A stretch of DNA of 47,008 nucleotides, taken from positions 1 to 47,008 of the IMG/VR virus record IMGVR_UViG_3300048575_000432; one strand, given 5' to 3'. The notes beneath the pieces were generated by a model. The model had not been told where the DNA came from, did no database searches, and saw only the letters and a list, made by a program, of their open reading frames with translations. Source of the DNA: a virus (Duplodnaviria > Caudoviricetes). How positions within the stretch are numbered: position 1 is the first letter of the stretch; each line of letters begins with the position of its first letter. Positions 27,648 through 36,269 of the stretch are shown here, one piece after another. Made by a program: the position numbers and the translations under genes.

Positions 27648-27854
27648 GGGGGGGTAGGAGGCCGATCCTCGCCGCAAAGTCGCAGACCACTTCGCTGAAG
27701 TCCAGGCCCCTGGCTCTTGCGACGCGCCACCGCTCCAGTGCGTGCTTGTTCTGATCGCCGTATTGCTGCGGCATGCGTACTCCATCGGTGCTCATCGGCA
27801 TGTCCTTCACGTTGCGTCGTACGAGTGCATTGGCCAGGTGGAACGAATACATGA

Positions 27855-28226
27855 TCAGCCCGCCTCAAGCGCCCGGCGTGCCTCCTCGGCCTCGGCAGAG
27901 ACGTCGGCGCCCACCTTGTTGCCGATCTTCGCCAATGCCTGGGCGTGGAGAACGCCCGCTCGCCGCAGTGGGATCGTGCTGCCCTCAAGGCGGATGATCG
28001 CCTTCTGGTGCTCCTCGGCAGTGGCCTCGCCTCGATCGAGCTTGGCCTCCAACTTGTCGAAGAATGTCACAGCCCGGTCGCCCACGCGGGCAGCAAGGCT
28101 CGTGCAGATGCCCTTGTCAGCCTCGAAGAGCCGTTTAAGCACCCATGCGATCCCGGCCAGCACAATGGCCAAGGTGAGCATCGGAGGGCCCATCCGCTCG
28201 GCGATCGCCATCCAGTCCAGTCCCAT
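27855..28226 (-). CDS. holin-like single-TM protein
   Basis: N-terminal TM helix then coiled tail; lysis-cassette position. Confidence 0.45.
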   Translation of the reverse strand: MGLDWMAIAERMGPPMLTLAIVLAGIAWVLKRLFEADKGICTSLAARVGDRAVTFFDKLEAKLDRGEATAEEHQKAIIRLEGSTIPLRRAGVLHAQALAKIGNKVGADVSAEAEEARRALEAG

Positions 28227-28258
28227 GATTTACCCTTTCATCCGCTCGACATGAGCTG

Positions 28259-28290
28259 AGCCCCGGCCGCCACAAGCGACGGCCGGGGCT
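28259..28290. terminator. GC-rich hairpin
   Basis: agccccggccg / cggccggggct inverted repeat. Confidence 0.45.
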
Positions 28291-28320
28291 ACTGTCGTTG
28301 CCCTTCATCGGGCAAGTGTG

Positions 28321-28683
28321 TCAGCTCTTGATCGCGTCCCGATAGAGGCGGAACGCGGCCGCGATCGCCAGGCCGCCGACAAGCCACCGGCCGGCCGCGA
28401 AGGCCGCGGCGGCCTCGGTGATCTTCGCCATGATGACCTCGGCCTCTTCCGGGCTGACGTTCTGGAGGTTCTCGGTCAGCCGCTCGATCAGGTCCTTGAT
28501 GCCTTCCCGCGGCTCCTCGGCCTGATCATTGACCACCGGCGGGGCGACGATGGTCGCCGGAGTGGCGACCTCCCGATCGTCCTCTTGCTGCCGCTGGATC
28601 CGCTCGACCGCCGCTTCCACGATGATGCGATTCAACACGATAGACTCCTTCGAAGGAAAGTGACCACGCTGGAAAACGTCCAA
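28321..28683 (-). CDS. hypothetical protein with hydrophobic C-terminus
   Basis: AAAAFAAGRWLVGGLAIAAAFRLY; start uncertain. Confidence 0.5.
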   Translation of the reverse strand: MDVFQRGHFPSKESIVLNRIIVEAAVERIQRQQEDDREVATPATIVAPPVVNDQAEEPREGIKDLIERLTENLQNVSPEEAEVIMAKITEAAAAFAAGRWLVGGLAIAAAFRLYRDAIKS

Positions 28684-28715
28684 TACTCAAACGCCTGCCA
28701 CCTCACCCAATCCAC

Positions 28716-29519
28716 TCATGCCCAGGTCGTCGACCGCACGCCGTAGGCCTCGTCGGGGATGCCCTTCTCGCCGGAGAGGCGAATCACGTCCTCCTCGTCA
28801 TGCGAGTTGCGAAGCAGCCAGACGATCCCGTCGGGGACCGACTCGTCCCATTCCATCCCGCAGGCTTCCAGCGCGTGGCCCCACCAGTTGTAGCCGACAT
28901 AGAGAGGCTTCCCGGTGGCGAGGATCGACAGGCATTGACGGATCATCTCCCTTGCTCCGGCCTTCCGCCGCGTGTCCCACCATTCGGTCGGACGATGCCG
29001 AAGCGCGTCCTCTTCCCATCCCTTCTGGAAGCTCGTGTGATCGAGGCTGTATTCGGGGACGAATGCAGCACTGGCGATGCCTCGCGTACGCGCTCCGGCG
29101 ATCGCCTCGTCGCAGTAATAGCCGCGGTTCTTCCAGCCGGTGAGCCAGCCGAGCGAAAACGGTGAGAGACGCACGGGCGATTGGCCTTCCGTCGCGCGCA
29201 CGTCCATCGTGGCCATGGTCACGCCGTAGGCCCAACACAGGTTGTAGGTCTTCTGGTACCAGCCGCCGGCCAGCACGCCGCTGCGTCGTTGGTGATAAAC
29301 GGCGAAGACTTGCCGCTCGATGCAGTCCTGGATCACCGCCTTGAAGTCGGCGACAGGAATCAACAAATCGGGCTCGTCGCCCATCGGCAAGAGGCCCATC
29401 AGCATCGCTCGATCCGAGCCATAGACGCTCCGGCGCGGCAGGAACCCCGGCGAGGCGTCGCCGCCCGGCCGGCTCGCGAGGAGCGATTGGTAGTTGTGAT
29501 CACCGTAGATCTGCCTCAT
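28716..29519 (-). CDS. papain-like (C1-type) cysteine peptidase
   Basis: Q..YNLCWAY (oxyanion Gln, catalytic Cys), LSPFSL, WGHAL (His), LRNSH (Asn); ATGA-coupled to the upstream gene. Confidence 0.75.
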   Translation of the reverse strand: MRQIYGDHNYQSLLASRPGGDASPGFLPRRSVYGSDRAMLMGLLPMGDEPDLLIPVADFKAVIQDCIERQVFAVYHQRRSGVLAGGWYQKTYNLCWAYGVTMATMDVRATEGQSPVRLSPFSLGWLTGWKNRGYYCDEAIAGARTRGIASAAFVPEYSLDHTSFQKGWEEDALRHRPTEWWDTRRKAGAREMIRQCLSILATGKPLYVGYNWWGHALEACGMEWDESVPDGIVWLLRNSHDEEDVIRLSGEKGIPDEAYGVRSTTWA

Positions 29520-30196
29520 AGGGTCTCTCCCAGCAGTTTCCAAAGGGCGGACTCGTCGGCCGGCAGGGGATGGACGGTGATCGCGCCGCCGGCCACGGGT
29601 GCGATCGCCAGCCGCGGTGGAGACTGGCCCTTAACGGCCTCGTACCACGGGGCAAACGCCGCCGGGGCATCCTTGGACTGGTCCACCTCCAACACTCCCA
29701 CCAGGTGATGGCCCCGCCTGGCCAACTCGTCCCGGAGCTTGAGGCTGGCCAGGATCGCCTGTTGGGCTCGGGGCAAGTTGTCCAACGCCCCCGACTCGAC
29801 CAACATCGCTACCTGATACTTTGCCCCCGGCTCCGGCTGCGGGTCCGGATCCGGGGGTAGCGGAGGGTTTGGGCTGGAGATGGCCACCTCCTTGACGGCC
29901 TTCTGGATCGACCAGCTCCGCTTATCGAAGTCAATCAACACGATGGTCGCCACGACCTTGTACTTGCCCGGCGGCGCGACCCAGACGACGGACTTGCCGT
30001 CTTGCGATTGCCTCAGATCAACGCCCGTCGACGGCTCGACCTCCCAGAGTGCCGGGTTGACCGTGCTGTGGTCGATCAGCCGATAGGCGTCGATCTTTTC
30101 GGGCCCCGTGATGTCGGCGGCCCGTGCGGCGCACGCCACTAGCCCGACGATCAGGACTAGCGCGAGGGTTGCCGCGATTCGTGCGAACGATCGCAT
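29516..30196 (-). CDS. exported (possibly lipo-) protein: Ig-like domain, Pro linker, thioredoxin-like domain without CxxC
   Basis: signal peptide with LVAC lipobox-like motif; PNPPLPPDPDPQPEP linker. Confidence 0.6.
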   Translation of the reverse strand: MRSFARIAATLALVLIVGLVACAARAADITGPEKIDAYRLIDHSTVNPALWEVEPSTGVDLRQSQDGKSVVWVAPPGKYKVVATIVLIDFDKRSWSIQKAVKEVAISSPNPPLPPDPDPQPEPGAKYQVAMLVESGALDNLPRAQQAILASLKLRDELARRGHHLVGVLEVDQSKDAPAAFAPWYEAVKGQSPPRLAIAPVAGGAITVHPLPADESALWKLLGETL

Positions 30197-30300
30197 CTCT
30201 CTACCTCCCGTGTGAGTGAACAGAAACGACGAATCGAACAGCCCTCAGCAGCGCAGACAGGTGGCTCACTTTTCAAGCAGAATCTCAGAGGAGGGGAGGC

Positions 30301-30675
30301 CTAGGGATCGCCGCTCTGAGACGCGCGCTTGCGGCGGATGTGGCGATAGCGACACAGCTCCCGGCCCGTGAGGTCGATCGACAGGGGAGCCGGCTCCTCG
30401 TCGCTGTCGGCCGGAGGATGGCGTTTCGCGTCCAGCGCCCTGCAGGCCTGGCAGGGCATGAGGACCATGCCCCCGCAGCCCGGGCAGCGCCGAAACGGCC
30501 CGGAGGGAGGTTCTTCGGGAGGCTTGCGCTTGCGACTTCGGGCCCGCCAACGACCCTCCAGGATCGCCGCCACCGTGCCGCGGCTGACCCCGGTCAGCCG
30601 GCTGATCTGGCGGATTGGCCGCCTCGCCCGCCCCAAGCGCTTGATCTCTTCCACCGTCTCCAGAGCAATTGCCAA
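30301..30675 (-). CDS. HTH + zinc-finger regulator (lambda Q-like position)
   Basis: IRQISRLTGVSRGTV HTH; CPGCGG...CQAC. Confidence 0.65.
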   Translation of the reverse strand: MAIALETVEEIKRLGRARRPIRQISRLTGVSRGTVAAILEGRWRARSRKRKPPEEPPSGPFRRCPGCGGMVLMPCQACRALDAKRHPPADSDEEPAPLSIDLTGRELCRYRHIRRKRASQSGDP

Positions 30676-30792
30676 GTCGGCCTCCGGTCGCGGTGTGTTG
30701 CCACAAGTCAGCCTAGCACACGGGGGCCGGATAGCGCAAGGCCAAAAATGGGCCAGGAGGAAGGAGCTAGGAGTTAGGAGCTAGAAGGAAGA

Positions 30793-31032
30793 TCACTGCC
30801 AGACCTGCTCTTTGAGCGCCGACCAGGAGATCGAGGGCAGGGCATTCTTACAGCGGGGACAGGCGTGGATCGGCTCGGGGTGAGGATCGCCGTCGGAAGG
30901 CGGGGCGTGGAAGCGGACCGAGCCGTCGCGGCCGCGCACGGCGACGATGCGAGCGCCACACCGCGAGCAGTCGAATCGCAGCTCGCCGGCAGTCGCGGGG
31001 ATCGCGCGGTTGATTTCCGGGGGCTCGCCCAT
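30793..31032 (-). CDS. small zinc-ribbon protein
   Basis: CSRCG...CPRC. Confidence 0.5.
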   Translation of the reverse strand: MGEPPEINRAIPATAGELRFDCSRCGARIVAVRGRDGSVRFHAPPSDGDPHPEPIHACPRCKNALPSISWSALKEQVWQ

Positions 31033-31254
31033 ACTCACTAGCCTACCGGTCCGCCCTGGCCCGCGCCAAGAAGCAAAAAGAGGCCAGCCGACGGGCAACA
31101 CACCTCTTGCAAAGTGGGTATCGTCGGCTGGCCGGTGCATCGACCACCCTTGGAGCACTGCCTATTTCTTACGAAATGGAGGGCGTTTTGGGAAGGGGGG
31201 CGGCGGAAATGATGAATGCTCAATGCAGAAGGATGAATGGGGCAAGAGGACTGC

Positions 31255-31500
31255 TCAGCCGGCCTTCTTGGCGTCCTCGATAATCGTCCGGAGCCGCCGA
31301 TCGGCTTCCCCTCGCCAGTCGGAACCATGCGCGACGTACAAGCCAAGTAACCAGAACAGCACGTGTGCCTGTTCTTCCTCGGCATGCGTTGGGATGGCCA
31401 TGCCGCCCTTTCTCAGGACCTGGGCGATGGGGCCGCAAGCGAAGTTGGGACGGCCGAGGATGTCAGTCAGATCGACGTTGAGTTCGTCAGGCAGGATCAT
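31255..31500 (-). CDS. phage hypothetical protein
   Basis: MILPDELN..ILGRPNFACGPIA..AEEEQA; GGGAG upstream. Confidence 0.6.
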   Translation of the reverse strand: MILPDELNVDLTDILGRPNFACGPIAQVLRKGGMAIPTHAEEEQAHVLFWLLGLYVAHGSDWRGEADRRLRTIIEDAKKAG

Positions 31501-31930
31501 GTCGTTCTCCCTTTTGGTTGTGCCGCTCATACCGCTCGAACCAGCGGCAGACGTAGTAGGCGTGGTGAGTCTCGTACTTCCGACCGCGGGCGTCGATGTG
31601 GAACCGGCGGCGGACGATGTGGAGCTTGGCCAACAGTTCGCCGACGTCGAGGTGGGCATCCTGGGGGACCGCGAGGCGATTGTCGTCACGGGCCAAGATC
31701 CACTCGCCCTCCTGGCCGTCGATCACCCATCGCTTGCCGTGCGGCCGGATCCGCTTGGCCTGGGGCAGGGGCCCCCATTTCCGCGCGAGCCGCAGGGCCT
31801 TCCGCTCGTCACGGCTGAACCGTCGCACGAGCCGGCCGTGCCCGTTGGGGCAAACGGCGTGCGGCGTCCCGGGGATATTCACCAGCTCCGCGCCGCAGTC
31901 GCGGCAAACGTCCGTCCGTTCTTCACTCAT
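31487..31930 (-). CDS. hypothetical zinc-ribbon protein
   Basis: CRDCG...CPNGH; overlaps neighbours in the operon. Confidence 0.55.
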   Translation of the reverse strand: MSEERTDVCRDCGAELVNIPGTPHAVCPNGHGRLVRRFSRDERKALRLARKWGPLPQAKRIRPHGKRWVIDGQEGEWILARDDNRLAVPQDAHLDVGELLAKLHIVRRRFHIDARGRKYETHHAYYVCRWFERYERHNQKGERHDPA

Positions 31931-32171
31931 GCTTGGCCTCTGCCACTTTCCACATTTGTGCCCATCGCGACTTCCGCGTCAGTGTGAACTTCCGAGCAAA
32001 CTGCACATGGCCCTGTTTGGTCAGCCTCCGGCGGATTCGCCCAACGGCGTCTCCCTTCAGGCCGAAGTGCGAGAGCCACCAGGCGAGCTGGTCGTCGCAC
32101 ATCGGGCCGTGATGCCGCAACGTGGCCAACACGAGCCGATCACGTCGTCGGGTCGTCGTGGTTCCAGTCAA
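31923..32171 (-). CDS. small winged-HTH-like protein
   Basis: LRHHGPMCDDQL...RRRLTKQGHV. Confidence 0.5.
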   Translation of the reverse strand: MTGTTTTRRRDRLVLATLRHHGPMCDDQLAWWLSHFGLKGDAVGRIRRRLTKQGHVQFARKFTLTRKSRWAQMWKVAEAKHE

Positions 32172-32421
32172 GTTGCTCCTCCCATTTGCGAGCCGCTTCG
32201 GCCATCAGCCGCCGGTTTCGCCGCTGCAGGTACCAGGACGTGGGCGGGATCATCGGCAGCACGATCGGCCAGAGGATCAGGATCGCCAGGCCGAACCGCA
32301 CCGAAGGCGTGGGGGCCAGAGGATCACTCAGCGAGAAGATCCAGCCCGACGCCAACAAGAGCACGCCGGCCAGATACGCTCCCACGCAAGCACCGTACAC
32401 AAATGTCGCTTCCCAGATCAC
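32140..32421 (-). CDS. small two-TM membrane protein
   Basis: GTG start overlapping the upstream TGA; ILILWPIVLP. Confidence 0.5.
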   Translation of the reverse strand: MIWEATFVYGACVGAYLAGVLLLASGWIFSLSDPLAPTPSVRFGLAILILWPIVLPMIPPTSWYLQRRNRRLMAEAARKWEEQLDWNHDDPTT

Positions 32422-32699
32422 TTGTCTCCTCCTTCCGCCGGCGGGCGGTCTGCCGCTTGTGACTGCTGCACTTCCAGGAGGTTGTCCCTCCACACCTCAA
32501 CCAGGCCCCAGACGATGAGCACGGGCACGGCCACGGGCCAGGCGAGGATGCAGGCCGTCATGGCGATCCGCTCCTCGGTCGAAAGCCGCGACGCGTAGCC
32601 CCAGATCCGGTCGCGATTTCTCGCCTCCCAGGCCGCGACCTCCAGCACGAGCACCCCAAACGCCCAGATCCCGATTGACACGCCCCATGCAAGATTCAT
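32418..32699 (-). CDS. small two-TM membrane protein
   Basis: GGAGG RBS; ACILAWPVAVPVLIV. Confidence 0.55.
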   Translation of the reverse strand: MNLAWGVSIGIWAFGVLVLEVAAWEARNRDRIWGYASRLSTEERIAMTACILAWPVAVPVLIVWGLVEVWRDNLLEVQQSQAADRPPAEGGDK

Positions 32700-32726
32700 G
32701 GTTTTCCTCCCGCCGCCTTCGCGGCC

Positions 32727-32927
32727 TTACAACTTGGTCACGTTCCTTGCGTTCTTCTGCCCACACCGCGTGCGACCCTCGCTATCGGTGTAGGTGTACG
32801 CGATCACCCACCCCCGACCGCTTTCGTGGCGAGAAACGCCAGTCACGGTGCATTCGTGTTCCCAACCGCCGTCGCTGGCATAGACTTTGTCCCCTGGCTT
32901 CAGTCGTCGGACCTCAATGGCGTGCAT
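32727..32927 (-). CDS. small SH3/KOW-like hypothetical protein
   Basis: LKPGDKVY...CTVTGV. Confidence 0.4.
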   Translation of the reverse strand: MHAIEVRRLKPGDKVYASDGGWEHECTVTGVSRHESGRGWVIAYTYTDSEGRTRCGQKNARNVTKL

Positions 32928-33092
32928 TGCATTTCTCCCTAACACGTCGAACCGCCTCGGCAAAGCGATGGAGCGCCCGCCGCGCCGATCGCCATGACAC
33001 GACCAAAGCCCGCTTCTGCGAGGTAGGCTTCCAGGCCAACAACGGCCCATCGCTGACGAGACGCTTGACGATCTTCCGCGCTTGGCGCTTCT

Positions 33093-33836
33093 TCATCCGG
33101 CACCTCCCGCCGCCCATTGACGGCCGGCAAACAGCTTCTTCGGAATTGCCCACAGGCCCTGCACGCCGCGGTGGTCGAACGGCTCGACCAGTCGCCGCGG
33201 GCGTTCGAGCACCCAACACCAGGGCCCTTCGGTGTGCGGGTGCGTGCGGATCCACTCGTATTGGCCAAGCGGCGCGGAGTTGCGGATCCGCGCGATCGGC
33301 AGGCAGGCGACCAGGTCGACTAGGCCGAGGACCTTGCCGAAGTGCAACGGCTCAGGGATCGGCCCGCAGCTCCACGAGTCGAGCCACTCCTCCGAAAGGC
33401 CTGCGTGGATCACCAGCGGGCCCCGATAGTTCGTCTGCCACTTCCGGTTCTCGACCCGCTTGGCCCGCAGATCCGAGCCGGGCAACATGATCGCCGAGGC
33501 GTAGGGCTCGCAGATCGTGAGGGCTTTGACCATGCTTTCCTCGGCGACCTGTTCCGGGGCCGCCTGGCCGGCCTCCTGTCGCTTGCGGCGGAACTCGATC
33601 GCGAACTCATGCTCGACCTCGACCGCCCCCAGGCGAACCGCCTGGGGCCGTTTCGACGGCGTGAGATCGTAGTGAGGGAATCGCGGCTTGGCCTGGAACC
33701 ACTCGCGTTTGAGCCCCAGCCGCTTGGCAAAGGCGTGCAGATCGTCGAGTGAATCGGCGAACATGTGGCACGCCCGGTTCCACCGCCATTGCCGCGACGG
33801 GACGCATGTCATGAGAGGATCGACGTAGACGGGCAT
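33093..33836 (-). CDS. DUF4031 - ASCH domain fusion protein
   Basis: MPVYVD...CHMFADSLDDLHAFAKRLGLKREWFQ...PHYDLT (DUF4031); KALTICEPYA...KRVENRKW...YRGPLVIHAG (ASCH). Confidence 0.85.
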   Translation of the reverse strand: MPVYVDPLMTCVPSRQWRWNRACHMFADSLDDLHAFAKRLGLKREWFQAKPRFPHYDLTPSKRPQAVRLGAVEVEHEFAIEFRRKRQEAGQAAPEQVAEESMVKALTICEPYASAIMLPGSDLRAKRVENRKWQTNYRGPLVIHAGLSEEWLDSWSCGPIPEPLHFGKVLGLVDLVACLPIARIRNSAPLGQYEWIRTHPHTEGPWCWVLERPRRLVEPFDHRGVQGLWAIPKKLFAGRQWAAGGAG

Positions 33837-33838
33837 GG

Positions 33839-34360
33839 CTACCTCCCCTCATCGCAGATCTGCTCGACGCAGCGACCAAGCCGGTAGACCATCAGATAGG
33901 CATCTTCCGGCGTGTCTTCGTAGGCGCTGCGCAAGACCGACACCGCACGGAAGCCCATTGCACGAAAGAACAACTGGCCAGTCAGGTTCGTCTCGCGGAC
34001 CTCCAGCAGTATCCGCGTGCGGCGTTGGGCCGAGAGCTTGTCGATCAGCTTGGCGACCATCTGCGATCCCACGCCGCGGCGGCGATGCCCGGACGTCACC
34101 GCGAAATTGAGCACCTGGATCCGGCTATTGGACAGCTCGTAGATCATGAACCCGACGACCCGATCGTTGTGTTCGGCCACCATGCCGATGCAGTTGCGCT
34201 GGCGCAGGCAGCGGATGAAGTCCTCCTCCCGCCAAGGGAACTCGAAGGACTCGTGCTCGATGGCAAGCACCTCCGGCATGTCGCGCCGGATTATCCAGCG
34301 GATATGGACCGGAAGCATGGGCTCCGTTGGGCTGCCGACGCGTGGCATGATTCTCAACAT
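33839..34360 (-). CDS. rimI: RimI-like GNAT N-acetyltransferase
   Basis: IEHESFEFPW, VLNFAV..HRRRGVG, LEVRETN..GQLFF..MGF, YEDTPEDAYLM. Confidence 0.85.
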   Translation of the reverse strand: MLRIMPRVGSPTEPMLPVHIRWIIRRDMPEVLAIEHESFEFPWREEDFIRCLRQRNCIGMVAEHNDRVVGFMIYELSNSRIQVLNFAVTSGHRRRGVGSQMVAKLIDKLSAQRRTRILLEVRETNLTGQLFFRAMGFRAVSVLRSAYEDTPEDAYLMVYRLGRCVEQICDEGR

Positions 34361-34560
34361 GGGTTTTCTCCTTGTTGCTCCTTTCGTCGTCGTTCTTCCT
34401 CCGCGCGGATCGCGTCGTAAACCTCGCGCCGGTGGATGGTCACTTCGGCCGGCGCTTCGATGCCAATCCGCACCTTGTCGCCGCGGATCTGAACCACGGT
34501 AATGGTCACGAGGTCGCCGATCACAATCTGCTCTTCCTTCTTGCGGGATAGCACTAACAC
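34354..34560 (-). CDS. csrA: carbon storage regulator CsrA
   Basis: GTG start; MLVLSRKKEEQIVIGD..ITVVQIRGDKVRIGIEAP..VTIHRREVY; AAGGAGG upstream. Confidence 0.92.
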   Translation of the reverse strand: MLVLSRKKEEQIVIGDLVTITVVQIRGDKVRIGIEAPAEVTIHRREVYDAIRAEEERRRKEQQGENPC

Positions 34561-34595
34561 GGTTGCCTCCTTGCTGAGGTTGAATGAACGTCCCT

Positions 34596-36209
34596 TCACT
34601 TCCGCTTGATCTTGGCCAGCTCCTTCGGGCACTTCTTCATGTTGCCCGGCCGATGGAGCATGGCGATCATGCCGTCCTTCGTAGCCCCTTTGTCGAACGA
34701 GATCCCGAGCTCGCCGGCCAGCTCGGCCAACTGGTCCTTCGTGTGGATCTGCCAATAGTCGAGGGAGACCGGCCCGAGCTGCTCGCGCTGCCAGGACTCG
34801 ACCAGGTCGACACCGCAATGCGAGGCGATCGCCGCCAGCTCGTCGCCGTCAAGACGGTAGGCCGGGCCCGCATCGTTCTCGTCCCAGAAGAGGCGGGCCA
34901 GGAACTGGGCCTCGACGTCGACCACATCGCCGTCGGCCACCTTGGCCAGGATCGGCCAAATATTGCTGAAACGCGGGTTCACGCCGATGGTCTGTAGCGA
35001 ATCTTCGAGATATCCCAGGGTTTCGGCCGCGGAGAGCGCCGAGGCCGTGAAGAGGTGCAACAAGACCCGGCTCTGCTGGTCGCGTCCGACCTTCGTGCAG
35101 TCGACGATGTTTTGGGCGATGAAGTAGCACAAGGCCCGCTGGACCACGTCGCGCAGCCGCCGCCGGTAGATCTCGGCCTGCTTCTCGGTCCGGGCTCGCT
35201 CTTCCTCGGGCTCCGTGCCACCCTTGGAGCCTTTGGTAGGGTTGGCGCCGCATGCCTTCGCGCGCTGCTTGGCGATCCACTTCTCCTCGTGCGCCTTCTG
35301 GAGCTGCTCCCAGAGCTCGACGTTGGTCGCGTACTCCGCGGCCTGCTTTCCCTCGCCGAGCGTCAGGATCTCCAGGGCCTGGCGCTCCTCGCCGGTCGGC
35401 TTGTAGGCCGGCACGCACTTGCCGAGATCGTTCACATAACGCCCGTTGTTGCCGATCGGCCTGCCGTTCCTGCTGGCAACCTGGCTGACCATGTCCTCGA
35501 AGTCGTCTCCCGTGGGCGTCCCATCGTTCCAGCTCTTCCAGTCCTCAAACACCTGGACCAAGTCCGTCAGCAGGTACGGAAAGGCTTTGAGCTGCAGCGC
35601 GGCCCTCGCATGGGTCGCCGGTATTTCGCCCGAAATAACCCGCCGCTGCCAGTCCTCCGGCAGCTCCAGGAGTCGCAGCCGATTGCTGACGTGCCCCTGG
35701 CTCAAGCCGAGCTGCCGGGCCAGCTCGGTCGGGCCCGCGGCGTCGCCGGCCTCGATCGCCTGCTTGAACGCCATGGCCTCCTCGATCGCGTTGAGCCCCT
35801 TGCGCTGGATCGCCGACACCAGCACGATCGCCCGGGCCTGGGCATCGGAAAGCGGGTGGACCTCGGCCCGGATCGTTTCCCAGCCGAGCGACTTGACCGC
35901 CCGCCATCGCCGCTCGCCCTCGACCAGCTCATAACGGTCCACCGTCAACCGGAGGTCCGGCGCCTCGCGCACGATGATCGGGGATAGCTGGCCGTGGATC
36001 GCGATCGACTCGGCCAGCTCGCGGATCTCCTCCTCGGGAAAGTCCTGACGCACCTGGTATGGGCTTCTGGCGATCGCGTCGACCGGGATCTCCCGCGGCT
36101 CGACGGCCAGGGTCGTCACCCGCCGCGGCACGTCGACCAGGTCGACGGCCTTCGGTTGCCCATTGGTTTCCTTTCGCTGCTTACGCTCTCGCTTCGCTGT
36201 GCTGATCAT
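34596..36209 (-). CDS. parB: ParB/Spo0J/Noc-family CTPase DNA-binding protein with long C-terminus
   Basis: PYQVRQDF..ELAESI..HGQLSPIIVR, GERRWRA, LNAIEEA, HTH ELARQLGLSQGHVSNRLRLL. Confidence 0.9.
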   Translation of the reverse strand: MISTAKRERKQRKETNGQPKAVDLVDVPRRVTTLAVEPREIPVDAIARSPYQVRQDFPEEEIRELAESIAIHGQLSPIIVREAPDLRLTVDRYELVEGERRWRAVKSLGWETIRAEVHPLSDAQARAIVLVSAIQRKGLNAIEEAMAFKQAIEAGDAAGPTELARQLGLSQGHVSNRLRLLELPEDWQRRVISGEIPATHARAALQLKAFPYLLTDLVQVFEDWKSWNDGTPTGDDFEDMVSQVASRNGRPIGNNGRYVNDLGKCVPAYKPTGEERQALEILTLGEGKQAAEYATNVELWEQLQKAHEEKWIAKQRAKACGANPTKGSKGGTEPEEERARTEKQAEIYRRRLRDVVQRALCYFIAQNIVDCTKVGRDQQSRVLLHLFTASALSAAETLGYLEDSLQTIGVNPRFSNIWPILAKVADGDVVDVEAQFLARLFWDENDAGPAYRLDGDELAAIASHCGVDLVESWQREQLGPVSLDYWQIHTKDQLAELAGELGISFDKGATKDGMIAMLHRPGNMKKCPKELAKIKRK

Positions 36210-36269
36210 GGTCTCTGCCTTCGTTGGTCGTTGGTGGTCGATGGGAAACACGCGAACCTAGCGGCCTGT

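Noticed and set aside
27571-27852. 93-aa ORF upstream of terS
   Set aside because: Runs through the candidate cos and has no recognisable motif; left uncalled.
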